The notes beneath the pieces are model-generated. The model saw only the letters and a list, made by a program, of their open reading frames with translations. It had not been told where the DNA came from and made no database searches. This document shows, one piece after another, positions 16,921 through 26,314 of a DNA stretch of 64,000 nt. The DNA lies in IMG/VR virus record IMGVR_UViG_3300007539_000009, positions 1-64,000 of that record. One strand, given 5' to 3'. Positions within the stretch are counted from its first letter, which is position 1, and the number at the start of each line of letters is the position of its first letter. A program made the translations under genes and the position numbers. Source of the stretch: a virus.

Positions 16921-19527
16921 ATGGTCGCGATCAAGTACGCGTCGATCCCGGAGCTTCGTGCCCTCATAGCGAAGCACAAGCTGTTCGGGTACGACTTTGA
17001 AGCCGAGTCGACAACAGGACGACCGCAGGACGCCAAAGACGCGTGGACAGCACGCGCAACGCTGATATCGATCTCATGTGACGACAAGGTCGGGGTGTTC
17101 ACGCTCACCGACGAAGTCATCGCATTCATCCGCGAGATCTGCGGCAACCCCGACTACTCCGTAGTCATCCAGAACGCGCGGTACGACTGCATTCTGGGCC
17201 ACTCAAACGGCATCCTTCCGTTCGACCAGTTCCGGGCAAAGATCATCGACACGATGGTCTTGTTCTGGCTGATCAACGAGGAGCAGCCGCTTGGTCAAAA
17301 GGATCTCGAGGTTCGCTACCTGCGGGTGCGGGACAAGCGCTCCTACGAAGACGTCACGCGTGATAGCCCGACCCATCGGCGCATCCGCTACCTGAACAAT
17401 CTCATCCGCACGCACCAGACCAACCTGGAACGCTGGCGTGAGCCGATGAGTAAGCGATGGCGACCTTGGCCTACGTTCAATGACCCTGCGATGCCGTGGA
17501 CGCGTGTACGCCGGCAGCTGATACAGGATCAAGGCTGGACCAAGGAAGAGGCCAAAAAGGGTGAGCCGTCTAAGTGGCTCAAAGCCCAGCGCGAAGAGAT
17601 CTTCGCAGACAAGCACTGCGACCGGTACGAGAAGTTTGTTCAGCGCGGTGTTCGCAAGGCTGAGGCTGAGCTGATCAAGCTGCACGTTAAAGCGGAGAAA
17701 GAGTTCCGCGAGTACGCAGCACTTGATGCCAAGCGACTGCTGCCGCTGTACCGCATTGCGCATCGCAAGCTGACGCGAGCCAACCTGTGGCACTGGGTGC
17801 AGGTTGAACTCGAAGTGCTGCGCATCTGCATCGAGATGGAAGTCACCGGCATGCCGGTGGATCTTGATCGACTGCAGAAGAAGAGCGATGTGATCAACCC
17901 TCTTGTTGAGGAGTTTCTCGGCGAGCTTCACAACATTGCTCGACGAGAGTTCAACCCCAACAGCCCGAAGCAGTTGTGCGAAGTCCTGTTCAGCGACATG
18001 GGGCTGACCCCTCCGCGCTACCGACGCGTGTTCGACGCGAACACGAAAGAGACGATGTGGCTGCCAAACCTCAACAAGTTCGGACAAGACTACATTAAGC
18101 GGCACGGTCCGTTCGATGTGACGAACGTACCTACCGCTGTTCGCAGAGAAGGCATATCCTGCAATTCGACAACGCTAGAGATGCTTGACCACCGGATTGG
18201 TCAGATGATTCTGAACTTCCGGTCGGTCGACAAGCTGCGCAGCACCTATGTCGACAAGATTCCTCCGGTGCTTGAACGGATGCCCGACGCGCGCATCCAC
18301 GCCACGTTCAAGCCGACAGGTACCAAGACCGGGCGCCTAAGCTCATCAGGACCGAACCTCCAAAACATCCCTGCTCGGGGCAAGAGCGCAGCCTACGACG
18401 ACCGCATCCGATTCATGGGTGTGCAGCTGCGCGAAGTGTTCCGAGCACCTGACCCTGACGAGGAGTACGAAGAAGGCTACGACCTGATCATCTGCGACCA
18501 GAGCCAGATCGAGCTGCGGATGATGTCGCACGTCACGGGCGACAAGTCACTGAGTGAGATCTACACCCGCAAGGTGGTGATCGACGATGTCGTTTACTAC
18601 ATCGGCGACGTTCACCAGAAGACGGCAACGTCTCTCGGCATCCCCCGCAAGAACGCCAAAGGCGTCAACTTCGGGTTCAACTACGGGATGGGTCCGGAGA
18701 AATTCGCGCGTCAGAACATGCTGCTGAAGCCGGACACTAACGAATACGACATTCCGCGAGCAGCTGAGTGGCGTGACGGCTTCTTCACCGAGTACGCCAG
18801 TATCCCTGCGTTCATGGACAAGCTCGAGCAGCAGTTCATGCACGGGATCACTGAGTACGAGATGATCTCCGGCCGTAGACGGCACTTCACCGACGACCGG
18901 GTGGCGAAGGGTAAGATCCTGAACGCCATCATTCAGGGCAGCTCGGCTGATCTGCTGAAGGTCAACATGATGATCATCCGCAAGTACGTGCAGCCGAAGT
19001 TCCCCGGAATGAAGCTACTGTTCCAGGTGCACGACGAGCTGGGATACGTCTGCCCCAAGCGGTACAGCCGCGAGGCTGCCAAGCTCGTTAAGTACGTGAT
19101 GGAATATCCGTACTTCCCGTTTCAGGTCCCGATCCTCGCAGGCGCCAAGCTGTGCGAGACATGGTCGGATAAAGACCGAGACGTTGTGCCGGAGATCGGG
19201 CTGTACTACGCCCAGATCGACGGCAAGGAGGACCGTGTCTTCACTGAGAAGACTTGGGGAGAGATGGTCGAGCTGGACGAAGCTAAGCGACTCACGCAGA
19301 AGAGTGCGTGCGCCATGCTTCCGCCTGACGACATCAAGTGGTGTGAGACCATCGTCCCTGACCGTGGTCCGATCACCCGTACTACAGGAGATACCCGCAC
19401 CATCATCACACGCCAGGAGCGTCTTGCTGCCCGTCGAGCTGCAGAAGCAGAACTCGATGAGCTCATGAAGCCCACTACTCCGGAATCCGACTTTGAGGAC
19501 TTCGACGAGATGTTAGGTGACCTATGA
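16921..19527 (+). CDS. polA: DNA polymerase, family A, with 3'-5' exonuclease
   Basis: Exo YDFEAE, QNARYD, YAALDA; polymerase TGRLSSSGPNLQNIP, DQSQIELR, KGVNFGFNYG, NAIIQGSSAD, QVHDEL. Confidence 0.95.
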   Translation: MVAIKYASIPELRALIAKHKLFGYDFEAESTTGRPQDAKDAWTARATLISISCDDKVGVFTLTDEVIAFIREICGNPDYSVVIQNARYDCILGHSNGILPFDQFRAKIIDTMVLFWLINEEQPLGQKDLEVRYLRVRDKRSYEDVTRDSPTHRRIRYLNNLIRTHQTNLERWREPMSKRWRPWPTFNDPAMPWTRVRRQLIQDQGWTKEEAKKGEPSKWLKAQREEIFADKHCDRYEKFVQRGVRKAEAELIKLHVKAEKEFREYAALDAKRLLPLYRIAHRKLTRANLWHWVQVELEVLRICIEMEVTGMPVDLDRLQKKSDVINPLVEEFLGELHNIARREFNPNSPKQLCEVLFSDMGLTPPRYRRVFDANTKETMWLPNLNKFGQDYIKRHGPFDVTNVPTAVRREGISCNSTTLEMLDHRIGQMILNFRSVDKLRSTYVDKIPPVLERMPDARIHATFKPTGTKTGRLSSSGPNLQNIPARGKSAAYDDRIRFMGVQLREVFRAPDPDEEYEEGYDLIICDQSQIELRMMSHVTGDKSLSEIYTRKVVIDDVVYYIGDVHQKTATSLGIPRKNAKGVNFGFNYGMGPEKFARQNMLLKPDTNEYDIPRAAEWRDGFFTEYASIPAFMDKLEQQFMHGITEYEMISGRRRHFTDDRVAKGKILNAIIQGSSADLLKVNMMIIRKYVQPKFPGMKLLFQVHDELGYVCPKRYSREAAKLVKYVMEYPYFPFQVPILAGAKLCETWSDKDRDVVPEIGLYYAQIDGKEDRVFTEKTWGEMVELDEAKRLTQKSACAMLPPDDIKWCETIVPDRGPITRTTGDTRTIITRQERLAARRAAEAELDELMKPTTPESDFEDFDEMLGDL

Positions 19528-20003
19528 ACGACAACCCTTTCTTTTCTTCTAGACCTCCTACCTGTCCCAACAACCCACATGTAATCAACGCGCTGCTGCT
19601 GAAGTTCACGATCCGCCGCGCACTGCAGGAACGCCTTGCAGTGTCGTACCAAGGCCGAGTGGTCGTGCAGTATGTGGCAGAAGAAACAGGTTCGTACCTT
19701 TCTGTGTACTTACCTGCTGAGCCGTCGCTGACTGCGACGTTCCCGGACACGTCGTACGGACAGGCCACAGACCGGTTCATCGACACGTTCATCAACTCGT
19801 TAGACCCGCATCTCGAAGATGTGGGTTTTCACGAAGACAACAGCGACTCGTCGCCCGCTGTTCGTTGGGGATTCCTGAGGCAGTCTCTGCCTATGGCAAT
19901 TCTGTTTAGCGACGACCAAACCTCACTAGCAAACCGAATCAAGCAAATCATCCAAGATGAAGAGACTCACCGAACAACAGACCGAGGCGGTCAACCACGA
20001 TGA
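19524..20003 (+). CDS. Hypothetical protein
   Basis: 159-aa ORF overlapping both neighbours. Confidence 0.55.
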   Translation: MNDNPFFSSRPPTCPNNPHVINALLLKFTIRRALQERLAVSYQGRVVVQYVAEETGSYLSVYLPAEPSLTATFPDTSYGQATDRFIDTFINSLDPHLEDVGFHEDNSDSSPAVRWGFLRQSLPMAILFSDDQTSLANRIKQIIQDEETHRTTDRGGQPR

Positions 20004-22899
20004 CGGGAACGTTGCCGTTGTTTCCGTACCCGGATCCGGCAAGACAACTGTACTAGTCGAGAGAGCTCGACGACTTGCACGCGAGAACAAAGGAGCCCTG
20101 CTGGTTCTGACGTTCTCTCGTGCAGCGGCCGATGAGATGAACAACCGTCTCGGAGGCCAGGCTATGCCGGCTGATTCGTTCATCGGCACCTTCCACAGCT
20201 GGTCGCTCCAGATGCTAAAGAAGCTGGACGTCTACCCGTACCTCGACCGGTCAGCGATTCTCGATGCTCGAGAAGACTGGCGCCGCATCATGTGGGCGGA
20301 CAAGGCTGTCAAGTATGTCAACGACGGTCTGGACGAGCGAGCCAAAGCCGATGTCGTAGCAGACGAAGTGCTCAGCACAGTCACTCGACTGAAGCTCAAC
20401 GGTGTGCATCCCACGAAGTGGGAGGAGCTGATCGAGCAGCAGCCGACTGACGGCCTCGCATCACTGATGATCGCGGCTGTTCAGTACGAGCAGATGAAGC
20501 GAGAGGCTGGCCGAGTCACGTTCGAGGACATGCTGGTCGACGTCTTGCATGAGCTAAGCTCGCGCCCGACTCTCGCCCGTAGACTCCAGGAGCACTACCG
20601 AGAGGTTTTGGTCGATGAGTTTCAGGACGTAGATCCGTGCCAAGCGCAGATCCTTCAGCTGATCACGGACAACAACCTGTTCGCGGTCGGTGACGAGGAC
20701 CAGTGCCACCTGGCCGGGGACATGATTGAGGTGCACGTTCAGGAGAACCGCGAGCTGGCTATGCCTGTGGAGAGCATCCGGCCCGGCATGCTGGTCACGA
20801 CGCTCAAGCCAACGCACGATCGCCATTCTGACCTGAGCACGGCCGAGGCCGTGATAAACTCAGGCAAGGTCATTGGTGGGCTGCGTAAGTCGGTCGGGGC
20901 CATCACGAACGCATCGGAGAACCTCTACTCCGGTCTGATCCTGACTTTGGTCAGTAAGGCAGTGCGCCCAAACACCAGATACCTACAGCTGACGCCTAAC
21001 CATAGGCTTCCGCTACAGCTTGGTGGTGCCAGCCGTGACTTCGTGTACGCAGTTGCGGTAGTCCGCACAGCAGGGCGTTATCAGGTTGAGCTGCTCAAGC
21101 TCGCCTTTGGTGACATAAACCGCAGACATGTTTCGTCTAACTGGATTCGTATCTGGAAGGATGTTCGCGACAACAAGTCCGTAGCGTGGCTAGTGTGTGG
21201 CGACCCCAGCCAAGCCACCGTATTAGGCTTTGCCAAGCACCTGCAGGAGAAGTACCCCGATGAACTTGATTTCCATCCGGAACTTGCTCGCACCCTGGCG
21301 GACCCAACGACACACAATGTCTTCGCAGCGCGACAAGATAAGGCAGCAGACATTCTGCTGTTCGAGGAGCGGTTGAAGAGTGCTCCGCTGATCAGCCGAC
21401 ATCAGCTGGGCGACACCATCGTAGATGAGGGCATCACCGAGGAGACGGTGCTCAAGAAACTCGTGCTGCCCGGTCGGGCAATCCAGATTGTGGATTGTCT
21501 AGTTCAGCCGGTAACGAGCTCGCAGCTGGTCTCTTACTACGGGATACGCAGCGGTCCGCTGTGGCTGAGCGTCAGTCGTGCTCGCGATGTGCCGGTGTAT
21601 AGCTTGGAGCTTGACGACAAGTACTACACCACCTGTAACGGTGTTGTTCTCCACAACTCGATCTACCAGTTCCGCCACTGTGATCCGAAGTTCTTGCTCG
21701 ACTTCGAGTCGCACTTCGGCCCGTATCGTCGCATCACAGTAGATCAGAACTTCCGTTCTGTGCCTGCTGTTATCGGCCGGGCTAACAGCCTGATCGAGCA
21801 GAACGATCAACGTCACGACAAGAGGATTCAAGCTACACGAGCTGAGGGTGGTGAGGTTCAGTGCGTGCAGACAGCAAAGCAGCGAGACGTGCTGCTTGCG
21901 TCCGTAAACTACGCAACCAAGAACCTCGGCTACCAATACCGCGACATCGCGGTGCTGTACCGGACGAATGCCGAGTCTGCGCTTGCAGAGGAGGCGTTCG
22001 CCGGTGGTGGGATTCCGTTCTACAACGCCGTCAACCGGGAGGGCTTCTTCGGCTTGCGGGCCGTATCGCCACTGATTGACTATCTGTCGCTCGCCGTCAA
22101 CCTCAAGGACCTTGGCGCGCTCACCCGAATCGTCAACCGCCCTACGCGGTTCATCAAAGGTGAGCATGTTCGCAGCGCGATTCGAGACCACGACAGTCTC
22201 GATCCTGATGCGCTTGAGGTACTCGACTCTGTGTTCGAGCTCACTCGAGGCAGCAACATCAGGAAGAACATCCGTGCTCTGCAGGATGTGCTTCATCGCC
22301 TTTCCAGGGAGAACACCACAGGTGCCTCACCGAGCCAGCTGCTTGCTCTAGTCTTGGCCGAGATGCCCTACGAAGCCTGGTTGATCGAGCAATACAAGAA
22401 GAAAGCGATCACTATCGCAGACGATGACGCGTTACGAGCAGTACGCGTCCTCGAAGAGAAGGTGCTCCCGGAATACACCGCAACGCGAGGATTCCTGGAT
22501 CACGTTGCACGCACCAAAGCTGAGCTGTTACGTCGCAACGAGTCGACGGACGCTGTGCAGCTCATGACGATCCACCGTTCCAAGGGTCGCGAATGGCCGA
22601 TGGTCATCGTGATGAACGCGAACGAGGGGATGCTGCCTCACGAGAACTCTGAGGTGGATGAAGAGCGACGGCTAATGTACGTGGCCATCACTCGTGCGCA
22701 GAACTACTTGATCGTAACAGCCGAAGGCGGCATTCCGCCCTCTCCGTTTCTGAAGGAGATGGGATACACCTTCAGCTCGAACGTTCGTCTAAACGAGATC
22801 ACTGAAAAACAAGAGACAACCGAAGATGAGACGACTGTACCGGATGACTTTTCACTTGGCGGCAACGTCCTCGTTCAAGGCCAGAAGGCTGGACAATAA
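19957..22899 (+). CDS. uvrD: UvrD/PcrA-type SF1 helicase containing an intein
   Basis: PGSGKTT, LTFSRAAA, TFHS, VDEFQD, GDEDQ/SIYQFR, QNFRS, LYRTN, MTIHRSKGREW, ERRLMYVAITRA. Confidence 0.93.
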   Translation: MKRLTEQQTEAVNHDDGNVAVVSVPGSGKTTVLVERARRLARENKGALLVLTFSRAAADEMNNRLGGQAMPADSFIGTFHSWSLQMLKKLDVYPYLDRSAILDAREDWRRIMWADKAVKYVNDGLDERAKADVVADEVLSTVTRLKLNGVHPTKWEELIEQQPTDGLASLMIAAVQYEQMKREAGRVTFEDMLVDVLHELSSRPTLARRLQEHYREVLVDEFQDVDPCQAQILQLITDNNLFAVGDEDQCHLAGDMIEVHVQENRELAMPVESIRPGMLVTTLKPTHDRHSDLSTAEAVINSGKVIGGLRKSVGAITNASENLYSGLILTLVSKAVRPNTRYLQLTPNHRLPLQLGGASRDFVYAVAVVRTAGRYQVELLKLAFGDINRRHVSSNWIRIWKDVRDNKSVAWLVCGDPSQATVLGFAKHLQEKYPDELDFHPELARTLADPTTHNVFAARQDKAADILLFEERLKSAPLISRHQLGDTIVDEGITEETVLKKLVLPGRAIQIVDCLVQPVTSSQLVSYYGIRSGPLWLSVSRARDVPVYSLELDDKYYTTCNGVVLHNSIYQFRHCDPKFLLDFESHFGPYRRITVDQNFRSVPAVIGRANSLIEQNDQRHDKRIQATRAEGGEVQCVQTAKQRDVLLASVNYATKNLGYQYRDIAVLYRTNAESALAEEAFAGGGIPFYNAVNREGFFGLRAVSPLIDYLSLAVNLKDLGALTRIVNRPTRFIKGEHVRSAIRDHDSLDPDALEVLDSVFELTRGSNIRKNIRALQDVLHRLSRENTTGASPSQLLALVLAEMPYEAWLIEQYKKKAITIADDDALRAVRVLEEKVLPEYTATRGFLDHVARTKAELLRRNESTDAVQLMTIHRSKGREWPMVIVMNANEGMLPHENSEVDEERRLMYVAITRAQNYLIVTAEGGIPPSPFLKEMGYTFSSNVRLNEITEKQETTEDETTVPDDFSLGGNVLVQGQKAGQ
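20704..21657 (+). mobile_element. Intein (318 aa) inserted in UvrD motif III
   Basis: Splits GDEDQ|SIY. Starts with Cys, block B LTPNH, block F VYSLEL, ends VLHN followed by Ser. Confidence 0.92.
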
Positions 22900-23821
22900 T
22901 ACGACCCGCTTACCGCTGACGTGGTTGGAGCACCAAACGAGGAAGAGGGGGATACGGATCCCGCTATCTCCGAACGTGACCGGAAGGGACGCGCTGAACT
23001 ACCGGAATGATGCGCGACCGACACGCCGGGTAGACGCTCTGCCCAACATGCTGCCGCTGTGGGTGGACCTGGTGACTACCTCAGCCACGGCCACCAACGA
23101 CGTGAAAGTGTGGCGGCTGCCGTTTGTGCAGAGCACTGTGCTGGCCGGCACGATGCGCGAGCTCCGAGATAACGCACACGCCAAAGGAGCGTTCGAGATG
23201 GCTCCGCGCTATTCAGTGAACCTGAACCGCATCGCAGGTGTCTACGGCGTGGTCACGGACTTCTCGTGGCGAACACAGAACGTGGGTCGTGCCTACGTTT
23301 ACAAGCGTCTGCAAGACACGACGCCTGTGGTGCTGGCTGAGACCTCTCGCGGTGTGATGCTGGACTGTACTAAGGTGGACGCCGACCAGCTTCGGTTTGT
23401 CGTGCACCGTCCGCAGAAGCATCGTGGTCGAGCCGCCCCGTTGCCCGACGAGCGCACTCCGTACGCAACCTCCGGCGTCGGACTCTTCATGGATGCGTAC
23501 TACGACATGATGATGCACAACGACTTAGGGATGCTGATTCAGCTCTGCGCAGAGAACGGCGACCACTACGAGTCGCTGGTTAGCGGGCAGGATGCGGAGC
23601 GGACGCCTCCTGGGCACATGGGCTGGTGCCACAAGACGCTGACGTACGATCAGATGCAGGCGCAGTACCTGACAGGCAGCTTCCGCATGCCGGCACCTGC
23701 GTCAATGATTGAGTACGTAAACCAACAAGTCCGTATGGCACCGCAACTGCACGTGGTGATTCGCGACAGGATGACGCCGTTGGTGCCGTTGCGGCGTGAG
23801 AAGGTGACGGCTGAGGCATGA
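22826..23821 (+). CDS. Hypothetical protein, possible degenerate LytTR-like segment; start uncertain
   Basis: 331-aa ORF; GTMRELRD..FEMAPRYSVNLNRIAGV. Confidence 0.65.
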   Translation: MRRLYRMTFHLAATSSFKARRLDNNTTRLPLTWLEHQTRKRGIRIPLSPNVTGRDALNYRNDARPTRRVDALPNMLPLWVDLVTTSATATNDVKVWRLPFVQSTVLAGTMRELRDNAHAKGAFEMAPRYSVNLNRIAGVYGVVTDFSWRTQNVGRAYVYKRLQDTTPVVLAETSRGVMLDCTKVDADQLRFVVHRPQKHRGRAAPLPDERTPYATSGVGLFMDAYYDMMMHNDLGMLIQLCAENGDHYESLVSGQDAERTPPGHMGWCHKTLTYDQMQAQYLTGSFRMPAPASMIEYVNQQVRMAPQLHVVIRDRMTPLVPLRREKVTAEA

Positions 23822-24135
23822 GCGAAGAGCACGAATCGCCCTATGACGGATTCGCATTCCCTTCGGAATGGATGAAGCAGGGGCGGCAGTGCTACCAGCT
23901 CGAGCTACAGACCGAGGGCTCCGAACCAAGAGTCCTCGGTCTGGTCGTGGCTGATAGCCTCGAAGAGGTTCAGGCGAAAGCCTTGGAACTCTGGGGTGAC
24001 GAAATCCAGGCAAGCGCCAGGCAAGGCGCAACAACGCTAGACATCCGACGTTACCCGCAAGACTGCGACGGGCCTCCGCCGCTCAATGACGATGACACCC
24101 CAAGCAAACCGCAACTCTTCGACTCCCTCTGGTGA
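23818..24135 (+). CDS. Hypothetical protein
   Basis: 105 aa, ATGA overlap with upstream gene. Confidence 0.6.
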   Translation: MSEEHESPYDGFAFPSEWMKQGRQCYQLELQTEGSEPRVLGLVVADSLEEVQAKALELWGDEIQASARQGATTLDIRRYPQDCDGPPPLNDDDTPSKPQLFDSLW

Positions 24136-25675
24136 GCTGACAGTGCGCGGAATGCTGCTAGCGCCAGTACCCCTGGCCAAGCGTTTGCGAGACGCCGGCC
24201 TGCTCCAGCAGGTCGGCCTCAAAGCTACGCCAGAGCAGTTCCGCCCCGAGGTCGATGCCGAAGGCAACCCCGTAGATACGTCGTTCAACTTGTGGCATAA
24301 GGTAGAGGGTGGACTTCTACTGCCTAAGTTTCACCACATCTGGACTGGGCGTGACACGCTCAACAGGTGGCTGAACGACGCTATGGCTGCTGGCGCCACA
24401 CTGCGCCAGCCGAACGAACACACCGAACACGACTGGGACTTCAAGTTCACACTGTACGAACCGCAAGAAAATGCGGTTCGTGAAGTCACGGCGCTGCTAC
24501 ACAAAGAGACCGGCGGCATCCTGAACGCCAAGTGCGGTAGCGGCAAGACCATCATGGCGATGGCTGTGGCTGAGCGCATGCGAGCTGGCCGCATCATCGT
24601 GCTAGTCGACCAGATCGACATCGCGAAGCAGTGGCAAGAGCGCATCGGCGACACGATCCCCGACATGCCTGTCAAGATTGTCAGGGGCAGCAAACTGGCG
24701 CGCGATATCGAGCTCAAGGAGCCGGGCGCGTTGATCATCGTTGCACAGACGCTGATGCGCACTCCGGAGCGGTTGAGTAAACCGCTGCAATGCGACCTGC
24801 TGATCGTAGACGAGGTGCACGTGTTCGCTGCACCTTCTTTCTACGCCAGCATGTGCCAGCTGGACTTCCGATGGAGCCTGGGCCTCAGCGCAACTATCGA
24901 CCGGCGTGACAGCATGGAGTGGGTGTTCAAAGCCCTACTCGGCACCACTGTTGTTGAGGCTAAAACTACTTCGATGCTGGCGCGGGTCAAGCAGGTCAAA
25001 GTGCCTGTGCCTATGCCGACAAAAGCGTCTTTCGGCACTGCGTGGTGCAAGCGCCATCACCGGATGACCTCGCACGCATCATGTGAGTTCACATGTGAGC
25101 ACTTCAAGGAGAGCTATCCCAACGAGTGCGGCGGCAAGCTGCCAATGAAGACTCAACGCTTCGTTGACTGGGGGCCGCCTGACACGCTTCACACTCTGCA
25201 GACCATCAGCAAGTACGACAAGTACAACCAGTGGTTAGCGACCGTAGTTGCAGGACTAGTCAAGAAGCGCCGTCAGGTGCTCGTACTGTCCAAGTACGTC
25301 AACCACCTTGTTGAGCTAGCTCTACGAACAGGCAAGATTGTCGGCGAAGACAAGTGCGGCCTCTATATCGGAAAAGCTCGAGCTGGTGTATCCCAAGCAG
25401 AGAGGCAAGAGGCTCTGCAGCGTCCGGTGACGTTTGCCACTTACGGCGTAGCGGAGAAGGCGCTGGACATACCGCACAAGGACGCGTTGGTGCTGGCGCT
25501 GCCTGTCAGCGACATACGCCAGGCTAAGGGCCGCGTCGAGCGGTACCTGCCTGGTAAGCCCGAACCCATAGTCATAGATCCTATTTTCCAACACCCCTCG
25601 AACCTGTACTACGGCTCGAAGAGCCGCAGGGACTTCTACAAGATGACCGGATCCCCCGTGGAGATTGTTGGATGA
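24086..25675 (+). CDS. SF2 DExH helicase (UvsW/XPB-like) with Cys/His-rich insert
   Basis: CGSGKT, VDEVH, LSAT, QAKGRVER; insert WCKRHH..CEFTCEHF..EC. Confidence 0.88.
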   Translation: MTMTPQANRNSSTPSGELTVRGMLLAPVPLAKRLRDAGLLQQVGLKATPEQFRPEVDAEGNPVDTSFNLWHKVEGGLLLPKFHHIWTGRDTLNRWLNDAMAAGATLRQPNEHTEHDWDFKFTLYEPQENAVREVTALLHKETGGILNAKCGSGKTIMAMAVAERMRAGRIIVLVDQIDIAKQWQERIGDTIPDMPVKIVRGSKLARDIELKEPGALIIVAQTLMRTPERLSKPLQCDLLIVDEVHVFAAPSFYASMCQLDFRWSLGLSATIDRRDSMEWVFKALLGTTVVEAKTTSMLARVKQVKVPVPMPTKASFGTAWCKRHHRMTSHASCEFTCEHFKESYPNECGGKLPMKTQRFVDWGPPDTLHTLQTISKYDKYNQWLATVVAGLVKKRRQVLVLSKYVNHLVELALRTGKIVGEDKCGLYIGKARAGVSQAERQEALQRPVTFATYGVAEKALDIPHKDALVLALPVSDIRQAKGRVERYLPGKPEPIVIDPIFQHPSNLYYGSKSRRDFYKMTGSPVEIVG

Positions 25676-26313
25676 TCCGACCTGTAACTCTACACGTCAT
25701 GGCGTTTGTCGGAGAAGGCACAGGCTTTCAGAAGACCGAGCGCCAAATTCTCGATGACACCTACCGACTGCAGCTCCGAAACAAGATGAATCCTGACGCC
25801 ACCGTTGTTGTCACTGACGCACTCACGTTCTCTGGTGACGTGTACGGCCCCTACAGCAGCCACACCATCCACACGGTCCTGACCATTCCGCTGGCAGCAG
25901 CGGAGGTTGCCAAGTTCGAGGAGCTGACCGACCGCTACTACGAGATGGCTGGCTGGTGGATGCGGTCGGCCGCTAACCGGGTGTTCCAGTGGATGGAGCG
26001 GGATCCGCTGTTCGAGCTTGGCGACAAGCCGGCGGCTCCCAAGGTCGTGGCCGAAGCTAACGACGACACCGGCAAGGGTCCCAGTATCAGCATCACCAAC
26101 AACATCAAGGTGGGCCAGCATGTCCACGGCCCGTTCAGCTCGCGAGCCTTAGGCATCACCTTGACGAGCCCGGTCGCGGCTGACAAGCTGGGAGCCTTCG
26201 ACAAGATCGCGGACAAGGTGTTCGATCGGACACAGCTCTACTTGATGAAGCGCATGAACCTCGTGTTCACCGAAGGCGGCAAGGAGCCTATCTTCTCCGT
26301 AAGCACCAACTGA
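25672..26313 (+). CDS. Hypothetical protein
   Basis: 213-aa ORF in operon. Confidence 0.7.
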   Translation: MIRPVTLHVMAFVGEGTGFQKTERQILDDTYRLQLRNKMNPDATVVVTDALTFSGDVYGPYSSHTIHTVLTIPLAAAEVAKFEELTDRYYEMAGWWMRSAANRVFQWMERDPLFELGDKPAAPKVVAEANDDTGKGPSISITNNIKVGQHVHGPFSSRALGITLTSPVAADKLGAFDKIADKVFDRTQLYLMKRMNLVFTEGGKEPIFSVSTN

Positions 26314-26314
26314 C

